Source: Candidatus Pseudoscillospira falkowii
GTDB taxonomy: Bacteria; Bacillota; Clostridia; Oscillospirales; Oscillospiraceae
DNA length: 64,000 bases
Assembly (NCBI GenBank): GCA_904374485.1
Contig: CAJFFX010000001.1
Coordinates: forward strand, 7,333-71,332
Direction of reading: 5' to 3'
Shown: one piece after another, positions 20,044 to 29,807 of the stretch
Numbering within the stretch: the first letter of the stretch is position 1
How the letters are laid out: each line of letters begins with the position of its first letter
The notes under the pieces: generated by a model
The model's database searches: none
What the model was told of the DNA's origin: nothing
The model's input: only the letters and a program-made list of their open reading frames with translations
Translations under genes and position numbers: made by a program

Positions 20044-20724
20044 ATGATTTTCTGGATCCCGCTGATCGCGATCCTCGCCCTGTCGGGCTGGGCGCAGTAC
20101 CAGGTCAGCCATCAGTTCCGTCTTTATTCCCAGCGGTCCAACCGGCGTTATCTCACCGGCGCCCAGGCGGCTCAGGCGGTCCTCAATACTCACGGCGTGC
20201 CGGGGGTGCGCATCGCCCGCTGCGCAGGGCACCTGACGGACCATTACGATCCCCGGGACAATACGATCTATCTCTCCCAGAGCGTTTACGACAGCGCCAC
20301 CATCGCTGCCGTGGGCGTCGCTTGCCATGAAGCGGGCCACGCCTGCCAGTATGCCGAGGGCTATGTGCCCATCCGCATCCGCAGCGCCATCATCCCCGCC
20401 TGCCAGATCGGTTCGTCCTTCTCCTATATCCTGATCCTGATCGGTATTTTCCTGTACAGCCAGGCCTGGTTCGGCCTGGGCGTGCTGCTGTTCTCCTTCA
20501 CCACGCTTTTCCAGCTGGTGACGCTGCCGGTGGAGTTCAATGCGTCCCGCCGGGCGCTGGAGACCATTGAAGGCGCAGGCCTTCTCTATGACGACGAATA
20601 TGACGGCGCGCGCAAGGTGTTGCGGGCGGCGGCGCTGACCTATGTGGCGGCACTGCTGACGTCGCTGCTGTATCTCATGCAGTATGTGCTCATGTTTATC
20701 GGCATGGGCAGGAGAGACGAGTGA
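20044..20724 (+). CDS. putative neutral zinc metallopeptidase (YugP-like, membrane)
   Basis: LTDHYDP, ACHEAGHA (HExxH), TLPVEFNASRRA, AAALTYVAA. Confidence 0.9.
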   Translation: MIFWIPLIAILALSGWAQYQVSHQFRLYSQRSNRRYLTGAQAAQAVLNTHGVPGVRIARCAGHLTDHYDPRDNTIYLSQSVYDSATIAAVGVACHEAGHACQYAEGYVPIRIRSAIIPACQIGSSFSYILILIGIFLYSQAWFGLGVLLFSFTTLFQLVTLPVEFNASRRALETIEGAGLLYDDEYDGARKVLRAAALTYVAALLTSLLYLMQYVLMFIGMGRRDE

Positions 20725-22058
20725 TGGAGCGGAAAACGGCCCGGCAGATCGCGCTGGATACCTTGGCCGCCAGCCGGAAAGACAGGGCCTGGGCGGACGG
20801 CTATCTGAAAGCGGCCATCCGGAAAAACGGCCTGGACCACCGGGACGCCGCCCTGGCCACGCGGCTTGGCTACGGGATCTTGCAGAATCAGCAGCTGCTG
20901 GACTTTTATATCGGCCAATACTGCGTCCAGCCGCCAGAGCGGCTGGAGCCCATCGTGCTGGACGTGCTGCGCCTGGGTGCCTATCAGATCCTTTTCATGG
21001 ACCGGGTGCCGGACAGCGCCGCGGTGAGCGAATCTGTGGAGCTGGTCAAGAACTGCGGCCGCGCCCGCGCCGCGGGCATGGCCAACGCCGTTCTGCGGAA
21101 GATCGTTTCCAACAAAGGGCATCTTCCGGCGATCCCGGCGGAAAATGACGAAACCTATTTTGCTACAAAATACAGCCATCCCGCCTGGCTGGTGCGGCGC
21201 TGCCTTGCCCTGCTGGGGCGGGAAGAGACTGAGGCCTTCCTCGCCTGCAATAACGAGACGGTGGAGACGACCATCCAGTATAATCCCCTGCGGGGCAGCG
21301 AAGAAGCACTGCTGGAAAGTCTGCAGGAAAGCGGCGTCTCCGTTTCGCCCCACCCGTGGCTTCCGGGGTGCGCCGCCGTATCGAAAACGGGCGACATCAC
21401 CCGCCTGCCGGCCTTTTCAGAGGGCCGCTTTCTGGTGCAGGACGCCGCCGCAAAGCTGGCGGCGCTGGCGGCGCAGGCTGCCGGCGGCATGAAGGTCCTG
21501 GATCTCTGTGCCGCCCCGGGCGGCAAGTCCTTCGCCCTGGCCATGGCCATGGGCAATGAAGGGGAGATCCGTGCCTTCGACCTGCACGCATCCAAGATCC
21601 GCCTGATCGAGGAGGGCGCCCGCCGCCTGGGCATCACCTGCATCCACGCCGCCCCCGGCAACGCGAAGACCTTTCGGCCGGAACTGGCGGAATGGGCGGA
21701 TCTCGTCCTCTGCGACGTACCCTGCAGCGGCCTGGGCATCATCCGCAAAAAGCCGGATATCCGGCTCAAGCGGGAAAAGGAGCTTTCCAGCCTGCCCGCG
21801 GTGCAGAGCGCGATCCTGGACAACGCCGCGCGCTATGTGCGCCCCGGCGGCGTGCTGCTTTACGCCACCTGCACCGTGCTCCCGGAGGAGAACGAAGGCG
21901 TGACGGGCCATTTCCTGGACCGGCACGACGCGTTTGTCCGGGAAGGCTTCACGCTGCCGGCTCCTCTGGGCGAGATCGCAGAGGGTCAGCTCACCTTGTG
22001 GCCCCAACGGCACGGGACGGACGGCTTTTATATCTGCCGGATGCGCAGAAAAGGATAA
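20721..22058 (+). CDS. rsmB: 16S rRNA m5C967 methyltransferase
   Basis: NusB-like N-terminal domain, DLCAAPGGKS, DVPCSGLG, YATCT. Confidence 0.95.
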   Translation: MMERKTARQIALDTLAASRKDRAWADGYLKAAIRKNGLDHRDAALATRLGYGILQNQQLLDFYIGQYCVQPPERLEPIVLDVLRLGAYQILFMDRVPDSAAVSESVELVKNCGRARAAGMANAVLRKIVSNKGHLPAIPAENDETYFATKYSHPAWLVRRCLALLGREETEAFLACNNETVETTIQYNPLRGSEEALLESLQESGVSVSPHPWLPGCAAVSKTGDITRLPAFSEGRFLVQDAAAKLAALAAQAAGGMKVLDLCAAPGGKSFALAMAMGNEGEIRAFDLHASKIRLIEEGARRLGITCIHAAPGNAKTFRPELAEWADLVLCDVPCSGLGIIRKKPDIRLKREKELSSLPAVQSAILDNAARYVRPGGVLLYATCTVLPEENEGVTGHFLDRHDAFVREGFTLPAPLGEIAEGQLTLWPQRHGTDGFYICRMRRKG

Positions 22059-22087
22059 AGGAAGAAAAACAGGGAAGGAGGACCGCT

Positions 22088-23140
22088 GTGAAAGAGGATA
22101 TCAAATCGCTGGAGGAAGCGGAGATTGCCGCCCGGCTCAAAGCCATGGGCGAGCCGGCCTTCCGCGGAAAGCAGATCTTTACCTGGCTACATAAGGGCGC
22201 GGTCTCCTTTGATGAAATGACGAACCTCTCCAAGGCGCTGCGGGAGAAACTGGAGGCAAACTATTTCATCACCGTGCCGAAGGTGGAGCGCAAACTGGTC
22301 TCCGCCCTGGACGGGACGATCAAATACCTCTGGCGCCTGGGGGACGGAAACTGCATCGAAACGGTTTTGATGAAATATCATCACGGCAATTCCGTCTGCA
22401 TCTCCACGGAGGTGGGCTGCAAAATGGGGTGCGTCTTCTGCGCCTCCACCCAGGCGGGCTTCGTGCGGCGCCTTGCGCCCTCGGAGATTTTGGACCAGGT
22501 GCTTTTCACCCAGCTCGATTCCGGAGAGCCCATCTCCAACATCGTGCTCATGGGCATCGGGGAGCCTCTGGACAATTACGACAATGTTTTGAAATTTCTC
22601 CGGCTGGTGAATCATCCGGACGGGATGAACATCGGCATGCGCCATATCTCCCTTTCGACCTGCGGCCTGGTGGATCAGATCGGCCGCCTGGCCGAGGCGG
22701 ACCTGCAGCTGACGCTGTCGGTATCCCTCCACGCGCCGGACGACGAGACCCGCAGCAAGCTGCTGCCCATCAACCGCTCTGCGGGCGTGGAGAAACTGAT
22801 GGCGGCCTGCCGGGCTTATTTTGAAAAGACCGGCCGCCGGATCTCCTTTGAATACGCCCTGATCGACAGCGTGAACGACAGCGACGCCCAGGCGGACCTG
22901 CTGGCAAAGCGTCTCAAGGGGATGCCGGGCCACGTCAATCTGATCGGCCTCAACGATATCAAGGAAAGCCCGCTGAAGCCGAGCAAGCGCATGGCCGCTT
23001 TCCAGAAACGGCTGGAATCCCACGGCGTGACCGCCACGGTGCGCCGGAAGCTGGGAAGCGATATCAACGCAGCCTGCGGCCAGCTGCGCCGCAGCCAACT
23101 GGAACAATCGGGAAAAGAAAACACAGGTGATACGCAATGA
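22088..23140 (+). CDS. rlmN: radical-SAM 23S rRNA/tRNA m2A methyltransferase
   Basis: CKMGCVFC (CxxxCxxC), MGIGEP, SLHAP, DINAACGQL; GTG 22088 with GGAGG RBS. Confidence 0.96.
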   Translation: MKEDIKSLEEAEIAARLKAMGEPAFRGKQIFTWLHKGAVSFDEMTNLSKALREKLEANYFITVPKVERKLVSALDGTIKYLWRLGDGNCIETVLMKYHHGNSVCISTEVGCKMGCVFCASTQAGFVRRLAPSEILDQVLFTQLDSGEPISNIVLMGIGEPLDNYDNVLKFLRLVNHPDGMNIGMRHISLSTCGLVDQIGRLAEADLQLTLSVSLHAPDDETRSKLLPINRSAGVEKLMAACRAYFEKTGRRISFEYALIDSVNDSDAQADLLAKRLKGMPGHVNLIGLNDIKESPLKPSKRMAAFQKRLESHGVTATVRRKLGSDINAACGQLRRSQLEQSGKENTGDTQ

Positions 23141-23880
23141 GAATTTGGGAAAAAACAGACCAGGGCGTGATCCGCAAAGAAAACCAGGACGCCTGTGCGG
23201 CCAACACCTTCGGCGTTTACACCGTGGCCGTCGTCTGCGACGGGATGGGCGGCGCCAAGGCGGGAGCGGTGGCCTCTTCGGAAGCGACCGGGATTTTTAT
23301 GGACGCCCTGCGCCATACGCTGGAGGAATCGATGACGGAAGAGCAGATCCGGCAGGCGGGCCTCGACGCGGCGGCCCAGGCCAACGCCGCCCTCTATGAG
23401 CGCTCCCGGGCGGAGGATACGTGCCGCGGCATGGGGACGACGCTGGTGGCGGCCGTCTGCCGGAAAGACCGAGCGCTGCTGTTCAACGTGGGCGACAGCC
23501 GGTGCTATCTGATCAATGCCGCCGGGATCCGGGCCCTCACCCGGGACCACTCCCTGGTGCAGGATATGCTGGAAAACGGCGACATCACCCAGGAGGAAGC
23601 GCGCACCCACCCAAACCGCAATCTGATCACCCGCGCCGTCGGCACCGAGCGCACGGTTCTGTGCGACACCTTTGACGTGACGCTTTTGCCCGGGGATCAT
23701 CTGCTGCTCTGCTCCGACGGGCTCGTCAATACGGTGAGCGACCAGGAGATCCTCTACGAGGTCATCCATGAGGAACAGAAAGAGACTTGTCTGGACCGGA
23801 TGCTGGAGATCTCCATCGACCGGGGCGCGCCGGACAACGTGACCATGATCTTGCTGGAATACGAAGAGGAGGCGGAATAA
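23137..23880 (+). CDS. prpC: PP2C-family Ser/Thr phosphatase (Stp1/PrpC)
   Basis: RKENQD, VCDGMGG, GMGTT, NVGDSR, CSDGL, PDNVT. Confidence 0.94.
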   Translation: MRIWEKTDQGVIRKENQDACAANTFGVYTVAVVCDGMGGAKAGAVASSEATGIFMDALRHTLEESMTEEQIRQAGLDAAAQANAALYERSRAEDTCRGMGTTLVAAVCRKDRALLFNVGDSRCYLINAAGIRALTRDHSLVQDMLENGDITQEEARTHPNRNLITRAVGTERTVLCDTFDVTLLPGDHLLLCSDGLVNTVSDQEILYEVIHEEQKETCLDRMLEISIDRGAPDNVTMILLEYEEEAE

Positions 23881-23881
23881 T

Positions 23882-25906
23882 ATGGACGCTTACATCGGCA
23901 AAATGCTGGACGGCCGCTATGAGATTCTGGAAGTGATCGGCACCGGCGGCATGGCGATCGTCTACAAAGCGATGGACCATCGTCTCAACCGTCAGGTGGC
24001 CGTCAAGGTGCTGAAAAACGACCTGGCGCAGAACGCGGATTTCCGCCGCCGGTTCCACGACGAGGCCCAGGCCGTTGCCATGCTGTCCCATCCAAACATC
24101 GTGTCCGTATACGACGTTTCCCATGACGGCGACGCGGAATACATCGTGATGGAACTGATCGACGGGATCACCCTTAAGCAGTATATGGAACGCCGGGGCC
24201 AGCTGAACTGGCGCGAGGCTCTGCATTTTATCACCCAGATCATGAAGGGCCTTGGACACGCTCACAGCCGCGGCATCATTCACCGCGACATCAAGCCCCA
24301 CAACATCATGATCCTGCGTGACGGCAGCGTCAAGGTGGCCGATTTCGGCATCGCCTGCCTCGTGGCATCCGCGGAGAATACCCTGACCCAGGAAGCCCTG
24401 GGATCGGTCCACTATATTTCGCCGGAGCAGGCTAAGGGCGGCCATACCGACGCCCGGTCGGATATCTATTCCGCCGGCGTGGTGCTGTACGAAATGCTGA
24501 CGAACCGGCTGCCCTTTGAGGGCGACAGCGCGGTGTCCATCGCCATCCAGCACATCAGCTCCGTGCCCCTCTCCCCGCGGGAGATCAATCCCGATATCCC
24601 CGAGGCGCTGGAGCTGATCACCATGAAGGCCATGGCGCCGGATATGGACAAGCGCTATCCCTCCGCCGAGGCCATGCTCCACGATCTGGACGAATTCCGC
24701 AAGAACCCCAGCATCAATTTCGACTATGTGCTGTCGGATTTCGCGGTGGAGGAGACCAGCGAGCCGACCCAGCATCTGAGTGCGGCGGACATGTCCGAGG
24801 TGCGCCATTACCACACCGCCAAATCCCATGGCCGGGACAGCCGGCGGGAGGAGTACGACGATCGCCGGCGTGATTACGCCGAGCACCGCAAGGACTATGA
24901 CGATTATGACGATTACGACGAGCGCCCTGTCCGCCGGGGCCGGAAAAACAGCAGCCGCAAGGGCGTGATGATCGGCGCGGTCATCGCGGCCGTGGCAGTG
25001 ATCGCCATCCTGTTTGCCGTGATTTTCTCCGGGTTTGCCGGCGGCGGCCAGGAGGAATACGAAGTGCCCAGCCTGCTGGGCAAAACGGTGGAAGAGGTCC
25101 TGGCGGACGAGGACTTCACGTCCCGCTTTACCCTTGAGACCTCCGGCACTCAGTTCAGCGACGAATACGCGCAGGGCGAGATCATGGATCAGTCGCCCGA
25201 GGGCGGCCGCACCAAAAAGGGTCCCAAGGGCGAGCTGCACGTTATCACCGTGGTCGTCAGCCAGGGTCCCCAGACTGACGAGATGCCGGACCTTCTCAAC
25301 TATAACCGCACCTCCGCGGAGGGTCTGCTGAAAAATATGGATCTCGATTTGAACATCGTCATCGAAGAGGAGTTCAGCGACGAGATCGAGGCCGACCATG
25401 TGATCTCCACCGATCCCGTGAAGGACACCCTGCTGAAAAAGGGCGATACGGTGACCCTGGTCATGAGCAAAGGCAAGGAGATCAAGACGGTCACCATCAT
25501 CAACTATGTGGGCATGTCCCTGGACGAGGCCAGAGGCCAGCTGGGCGGCTTGGTCTACGGCGGCAGCACAGAGGTGGAGGACGAATCCGCCCCCGGCACC
25601 ATCCTGGATCAAAGCCTCAGCGTCGGCGACGAGGTGGAAGAGGGCACCGAGATCACCTTTATCGTTTCCAAGGGCATTCCGGATCAGCCGACAGAGCCCG
25701 GATCGATCACGAAAACCTTTGACTTGCCGGAAGGCGAGGGCACCGTCGATGTGCAGATCCTCGTGGGCGATCAGGTCCAGTTCGACAGCACCGTGGATAA
25801 ATCCCTGGGCTCCGTCACCTGCACTTTGACCGGCACCGGCACCCAGCAGGTCTATGTCAAGTTCGATGGTATCGTCAAATATACGGAAACGGTCACGTTC
25901 TCATGA
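23882..25906 (+). CDS. prkC: PASTA-domain Ser/Thr kinase (PrkC/PknB)
   Basis: IGTGGMAIVY, HRDIKPHN, DFG, YISPEQ; single TM helix; C-terminal PASTA repeats (VPSLLGK, MPDLLNY, IINYVGMS). Confidence 0.96.
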   Translation: MDAYIGKMLDGRYEILEVIGTGGMAIVYKAMDHRLNRQVAVKVLKNDLAQNADFRRRFHDEAQAVAMLSHPNIVSVYDVSHDGDAEYIVMELIDGITLKQYMERRGQLNWREALHFITQIMKGLGHAHSRGIIHRDIKPHNIMILRDGSVKVADFGIACLVASAENTLTQEALGSVHYISPEQAKGGHTDARSDIYSAGVVLYEMLTNRLPFEGDSAVSIAIQHISSVPLSPREINPDIPEALELITMKAMAPDMDKRYPSAEAMLHDLDEFRKNPSINFDYVLSDFAVEETSEPTQHLSAADMSEVRHYHTAKSHGRDSRREEYDDRRRDYAEHRKDYDDYDDYDERPVRRGRKNSSRKGVMIGAVIAAVAVIAILFAVIFSGFAGGGQEEYEVPSLLGKTVEEVLADEDFTSRFTLETSGTQFSDEYAQGEIMDQSPEGGRTKKGPKGELHVITVVVSQGPQTDEMPDLLNYNRTSAEGLLKNMDLDLNIVIEEEFSDEIEADHVISTDPVKDTLLKKGDTVTLVMSKGKEIKTVTIINYVGMSLDEARGQLGGLVYGGSTEVEDESAPGTILDQSLSVGDEVEEGTEITFIVSKGIPDQPTEPGSITKTFDLPEGEGTVDVQILVGDQVQFDSTVDKSLGSVTCTLTGTGTQQVYVKFDGIVKYTETVTFS

Positions 25907-26796
25907 TGGAAAAGGGCATCATTGAAAAGGCCCTCAGCGGCTTTTACTATGTTAATACCGGCACGCAGATCGTGGCCTGCCGTGCCCGTGGCAAGTTCCG
26001 CAAGGAAAAGATCTCGCCCCTGGTGGGCGACTGGGTGGAGATCCAGGTGCTGAGCGACGGCAGCGGCTATGTGGAATCCATTGCGCCGCGGCGCTGCGAG
26101 TTTCAGCGCCCCGCTGTGGCCAATATCGATCAGATGGTGATCATCGTCTCAGAGGCGATCCCGGTGACAGACCCGTTCCTCATCGACCGGGTCTGCGCCG
26201 TGGCGGAATTCAAGGGCTGCGGCGTGGTGATCTGCATCAACAAGTGCGATCTGTGCAGCGGCGCGGATCTGGAGGCGATCTACCGGCAGGCGGGCTATCC
26301 CACAGTGTGCGTCAGCGCCGAGACCGGGGAGGGCATCGAGACCCTGCGCAGTCTGCTCCGGGGAAAGATCTCTGCTTTCACCGGCAACTCCGGCGTGGGA
26401 AAGTCCAGCATCCTCAACCGGCTCCACCCGGCTTTTGCCATCAAGACCAGCGAAGTGAGCGAAAAATTGGGCCGTGGCCGGCATACGACCCGCCATGTGG
26501 AGCTTTTCCGCCTGGAGGAGGACACGCTGGTAATGGATACCCCCGGTTTTTCCGCCTTCGACTCCGAGGAACTGGATATCGCGCTGAAAAAGGTGCTGCC
26601 GGAAACCTTCCGGGAATTTCGCCCCTATCTGGACCAATGCCGCTTCACCGGCTGCAGCCATACCAAGGAAAAAGGCTGCGCCGTACTGGCAGCTGTGGCG
26701 GCGGGAGAGATCTCCGCGTCCCGGCATGAAAGTTATCTGCGCCTTTATGAAGAGCTCAAACCCCTGAAGGACTGGGAAGTCCGGCGGGAAAAATAA
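25903..26796 (+). CDS. rsgA: ribosome small subunit-dependent GTPase
   Basis: NKCD, GNSGVGKSS, GRHTT, DTPGF, C-terminal zinc finger CRFTGCSHTKEKGC. Confidence 0.97.
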   Translation: MMEKGIIEKALSGFYYVNTGTQIVACRARGKFRKEKISPLVGDWVEIQVLSDGSGYVESIAPRRCEFQRPAVANIDQMVIIVSEAIPVTDPFLIDRVCAVAEFKGCGVVICINKCDLCSGADLEAIYRQAGYPTVCVSAETGEGIETLRSLLRGKISAFTGNSGVGKSSILNRLHPAFAIKTSEVSEKLGRGRHTTRHVELFRLEEDTLVMDTPGFSAFDSEELDIALKKVLPETFREFRPYLDQCRFTGCSHTKEKGCAVLAAVAAGEISASRHESYLRLYEELKPLKDWEVRREK

Positions 26797-26801
26797 GTGT
26801 G

Positions 26802-26840
26802 AAAAAAGCCTTGTGTATCAATGATACACAAGGCTTTTTT
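26802..26840. terminator. bidirectional intrinsic terminator between convergent rsgA and aminotransferase genes
   Basis: Perfect inverted repeat AAAAAAGCCTTGTGTATCA-a-TGATACACAAGGCTTTTTT. Confidence 0.88.
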
Positions 26841-26854
26841 GCGAAAGCGCGGGG

Positions 26855-28048
26855 TCATTTTTCCGTGCCGGCGCCGCTTTTTTCGGCGCGCAGGGCCTGA
26901 ACGAAGGTTTCGATGCGGTCGAAAGCGACGCGCAGATCTTCCAGGGAATAGGCGTAGGAAATACGCAGGAACCCTTCGCCGCAGGCGCCGAAGGCGCTGC
27001 CGGGCACTACGGCCACTTTTTCGCGCTTGAGCAGTTCCAGGGCGAACGCCTCGCTGGTCATGCCGAATTCCGTGATGTTGGGGAAGATATAGAACGCGCC
27101 CTTGGGTTCGAAACACGGGATCCCCATTTCCTTGAAGCGGCGCATCAGATATTTCCTGCGCTGGTCATAGGAATGGCGCATCATCTGGGTGTCGGCGTCG
27201 CCGTCCGTCATGGCGTAGATCGCAGCGTACTGGCTGATGGTGGGGGAGGACATGATGCAGTATTGGTGGATCTTCACCATCTGCTGCATGATGGCCTTCG
27301 GCGCCATGGCGTAGCCCAACCGCCAACCGGTCATGGCAAAGGCCTTGGAAAAGCCATTGACATAAATGCAGCGCTCCTGCATGCCGGGCATGGAAACGAT
27401 GGAAACATGGTTTTTCCCGCCGTAGGTCAGCTCGGAATAAATCTCGTCGGTGACGACGAGCAGGTCGTGCTTCAGGATGATCGGCACCAGCTTTTCCAGG
27501 TCTTCCTTTTCCATGATGGCGCCGGTAGGATTGTTGGGGTAGGAGATGAACAGGGCCTTGGTTTTCGGCGTGATGGCCGCTTCCAGTTCCTCCGGCTGCA
27601 GGCGGAAATCGTTTTCCTCCTTCAGGTCGATGGTCACCGGAATGCCGCCGGCCATGCGCACGCAGGGTTCGTAGGAAACGAAGCAGGGCTGGGGCAGGAT
27701 CACCTCGTCGCCGGGCTCCATCGTGGCACGGAAGGCCAGGTCGATCGCTTCGCTGCCGCCGACGGAAACGAAGCACTCCTCAGTCGGATCGTAGGAGACA
27801 CCGATCTTGCGCGCGGTATAATCGCAGATGGCCCTGCGCAGCTCCGCCAGGCCAGCGTTGGCTGTGTAAAATGTTTTGCCGGCTTTGATAGCTTTGATGG
27901 CTTCCTCGCGGATAGGCCAGGGCGTGTCGAAATCCGGCTCACCCACGCCCAGGGAGATCGCGTCGGGCATTTCTGTGACCACGTCAAAAAACTTCCGGAT
28001 GCCGGAAGGCGGCATGTCCACGATTTTTTTTGCAAGAAAATCCCTCAT
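26855..28048 (-). CDS. class I/II PLP aminotransferase (YugH/AlaT-like)
   Basis: SGIRKFFD, SLGVGEPDF, YPNNPTG, DEIYSEL, NGFSKAFAMTGWRLG. Confidence 0.93.
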   Translation of the reverse strand: MRDFLAKKIVDMPPSGIRKFFDVVTEMPDAISLGVGEPDFDTPWPIREEAIKAIKAGKTFYTANAGLAELRRAICDYTARKIGVSYDPTEECFVSVGGSEAIDLAFRATMEPGDEVILPQPCFVSYEPCVRMAGGIPVTIDLKEENDFRLQPEELEAAITPKTKALFISYPNNPTGAIMEKEDLEKLVPIILKHDLLVVTDEIYSELTYGGKNHVSIVSMPGMQERCIYVNGFSKAFAMTGWRLGYAMAPKAIMQQMVKIHQYCIMSSPTISQYAAIYAMTDGDADTQMMRHSYDQRRKYLMRRFKEMGIPCFEPKGAFYIFPNITEFGMTSEAFALELLKREKVAVVPGSAFGACGEGFLRISYAYSLEDLRVAFDRIETFVQALRAEKSGAGTEK

Positions 28049-28539
28049 GGCGTGACCACCATTCTTCTGTCCTTTTTCGGCATCACATAGGGGAAGCCCT
28101 GCTCTTTATACTTGATCAGCGTAAAATAGGTGGTGGTGCTCTGCACGTCTTCCAGCGCAGCCAGCTTTTCGGAAACGAACATGGAGATGGCCTTCAGGTT
28201 CTTTTCGCGCAGCATGACCAGGAAATCATAGGCGCCGGACATCAAATACAGCGACTCCACCTCCGGATACTGATAAATCACCTCGGCGATCTTGGCATAG
28301 CCGTCGCCGCCCTGGGGCGTGACGCGCAGTTCCACCATGGCCGTGACGGAATCCGGATCCACCTTGTCCCAGTTGATCAGTGTATGATAGCCGCAAATGA
28401 CCTGCTCGTTTTCCAGCTCGGCGATGGCGTGGCGCACGGCGGCGGCGTCGCAGTTCAGCATGGCGGCCAGCTCTTCGGGGCTGAGCTTGCTGTCGCGCTC
28501 GATCAAAGAGAGCAGTTTCATCTGGAATTCTTTATTCAT
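28045..28539 (-). CDS. Lrp/AsnC-family transcriptional regulator (YugG/AlaR-like)
   Basis: N-terminal HTH, LYLMSGAYD; GGAGG RBS before ATG 28539; coupled to the aminotransferase. Confidence 0.9.
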   Translation of the reverse strand: MNKEFQMKLLSLIERDSKLSPEELAAMLNCDAAAVRHAIAELENEQVICGYHTLINWDKVDPDSVTAMVELRVTPQGGDGYAKIAEVIYQYPEVESLYLMSGAYDFLVMLREKNLKAISMFVSEKLAALEDVQSTTTYFTLIKYKEQGFPYVMPKKDRRMVVTP

Positions 28540-28597
28540 TGTATACCTCCTGTCCTGTGGGCCCGCAGTGCAAAGCCGCACAAAATTTATAAATCAT

Positions 28598-28626
28598 ATT
28601 GTAGCCACGCAGCTTTTCTTTGTCAA
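28598..28626 (-). promoter_or_regulatory. sigma-A promoter for the Lrp-aminotransferase operon
   Basis: Minus strand TTGACA (28626-28621), 17 bp, TACAAT (28603-28598). Confidence 0.8.
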
Positions 28627-28681
28627 TGGCAAGACCGGGCGCATAGGGTGAAAGTAGAGAATTTGATCGGGAGGAAACAGT

Positions 28682-29758
28682 ATGGTCAAAAAGATCGATT
28701 TTTTCCTGGGCGCCAACAGCGGCGGTGGTTTTTTCAGCCTGTACGATCAGCTGGGGCGCCCAGAGGATACTTATGATTTGATCGTCCTGAAGGGCGGGCC
28801 CGGCGTCGGGAAATCGACGATGATGAAAGCCATCGGTGCGGCGGCCGAAAAGCGGGGGCTGGATGTGGAGTACATCCGCTGCAGCGGCGATCCGGATTCC
28901 CTGGACGCCGTGCAGATCCCCCAACTCAAAACGGCGGCGGTGGACGGCACCGCACCCCATGTGATCGAGCCCCGCTACCCGGCGGCGGTGGACCGCTATG
29001 TGAATTTGGGGCAGTGCTATGACGTGGACCGGCTCAAGGAACGGCGGCGGGAGATCGTCGCCTGCAGCGAGGGCTATCAGGCGGAATACCGGAAGGCCTA
29101 TGCGTGCCTGCGCGCCTGCCGGGCGGTGCGCGCAGAGGTCGAGGAAGGCCTGCGGCCCTGGATGAACGAGGAAAAGCTGCGCCGGCGGCTGAACAATTTG
29201 TGGCTCCGCCTGCGGCCGGGCAGAAAGAAGACCGCAGGCCGGGAGCGGCGGCGCTTTCTCGGCGGTCTGACGCCCGCGGGGCGCTGCTGGTGCGAGGAAA
29301 GCATCCACACCCTGTGCCCCGGCGTCTGCGCGCTGCAGGACACCTATCACATGGCGGCGCCGGCGCTGGAGGAACTCTGCAGCCGGATTTTGCGCGACGG
29401 TTATGACGTCGTCGCCTGTCCGGACCCGGACGTTCCCGCGCGGCTCAGCCACCTCCTGGTGCCGGAGGCGGGCGCCGCCTTTGTGACGGTGGACGGGAGC
29501 ACAGCGCTCCGCCGCGCGCCGGACCGGAGGATCCTGGTGGACCAGATGCTGGATCGGGAGCACATCCGCACGGTGCGCGGCAGCCTGCGGCTGAAGGACC
29601 GGCTGGCCCGCGCGCTGGAGGCGGAGGGGGCGGAGCACTTGCGCCTGGCCGGCGAAAAACACGGGGAGCTGGAGCTGATCTACCGCCCCTTTGTGGATTT
29701 TGCCGCGGCAGAGGAAATGACGCGGGCGGAATGCTGCCGGATCTTCGGCGCGCTGTGA
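28682..29758 (+). CDS. PRK06851-like P-loop ATPase with internal duplication
   Basis: FFLGANSGGGF, KGGPGVGKST, CSGDPDSLD, DGTAPH; second half repeats the pattern (FLGGLTPAG, CPDPD). Confidence 0.75.
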   Translation: MVKKIDFFLGANSGGGFFSLYDQLGRPEDTYDLIVLKGGPGVGKSTMMKAIGAAAEKRGLDVEYIRCSGDPDSLDAVQIPQLKTAAVDGTAPHVIEPRYPAAVDRYVNLGQCYDVDRLKERRREIVACSEGYQAEYRKAYACLRACRAVRAEVEEGLRPWMNEEKLRRRLNNLWLRLRPGRKKTAGRERRRFLGGLTPAGRCWCEESIHTLCPGVCALQDTYHMAAPALEELCSRILRDGYDVVACPDPDVPARLSHLLVPEAGAAFVTVDGSTALRRAPDRRILVDQMLDREHIRTVRGSLRLKDRLARALEAEGAEHLRLAGEKHGELELIYRPFVDFAAAEEMTRAECCRIFGAL

Positions 29759-29771
29759 AGCAGAACCATAG

Positions 29772-29807
29772 AAATACACCCCAGCCATCCGGCCGGGGTG
29801 TATTTTT
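29772..29807. terminator. bidirectional terminator between the ATPase gene and queH
   Basis: AAATACACCCC...GGGGTGTATTT(TT) inverted repeat between convergent genes. Confidence 0.75.

Noticed and set aside
21692-22087. Long N-terminal extension of rlmN overlapping rsmB (also upstream extensions of the J-domain gene, ecfA1, spoIIIAA, ispA and dxs)
   Set aside because: Artefacts of taking the first possible start codon; internal starts with good RBSs match the family N-termini.
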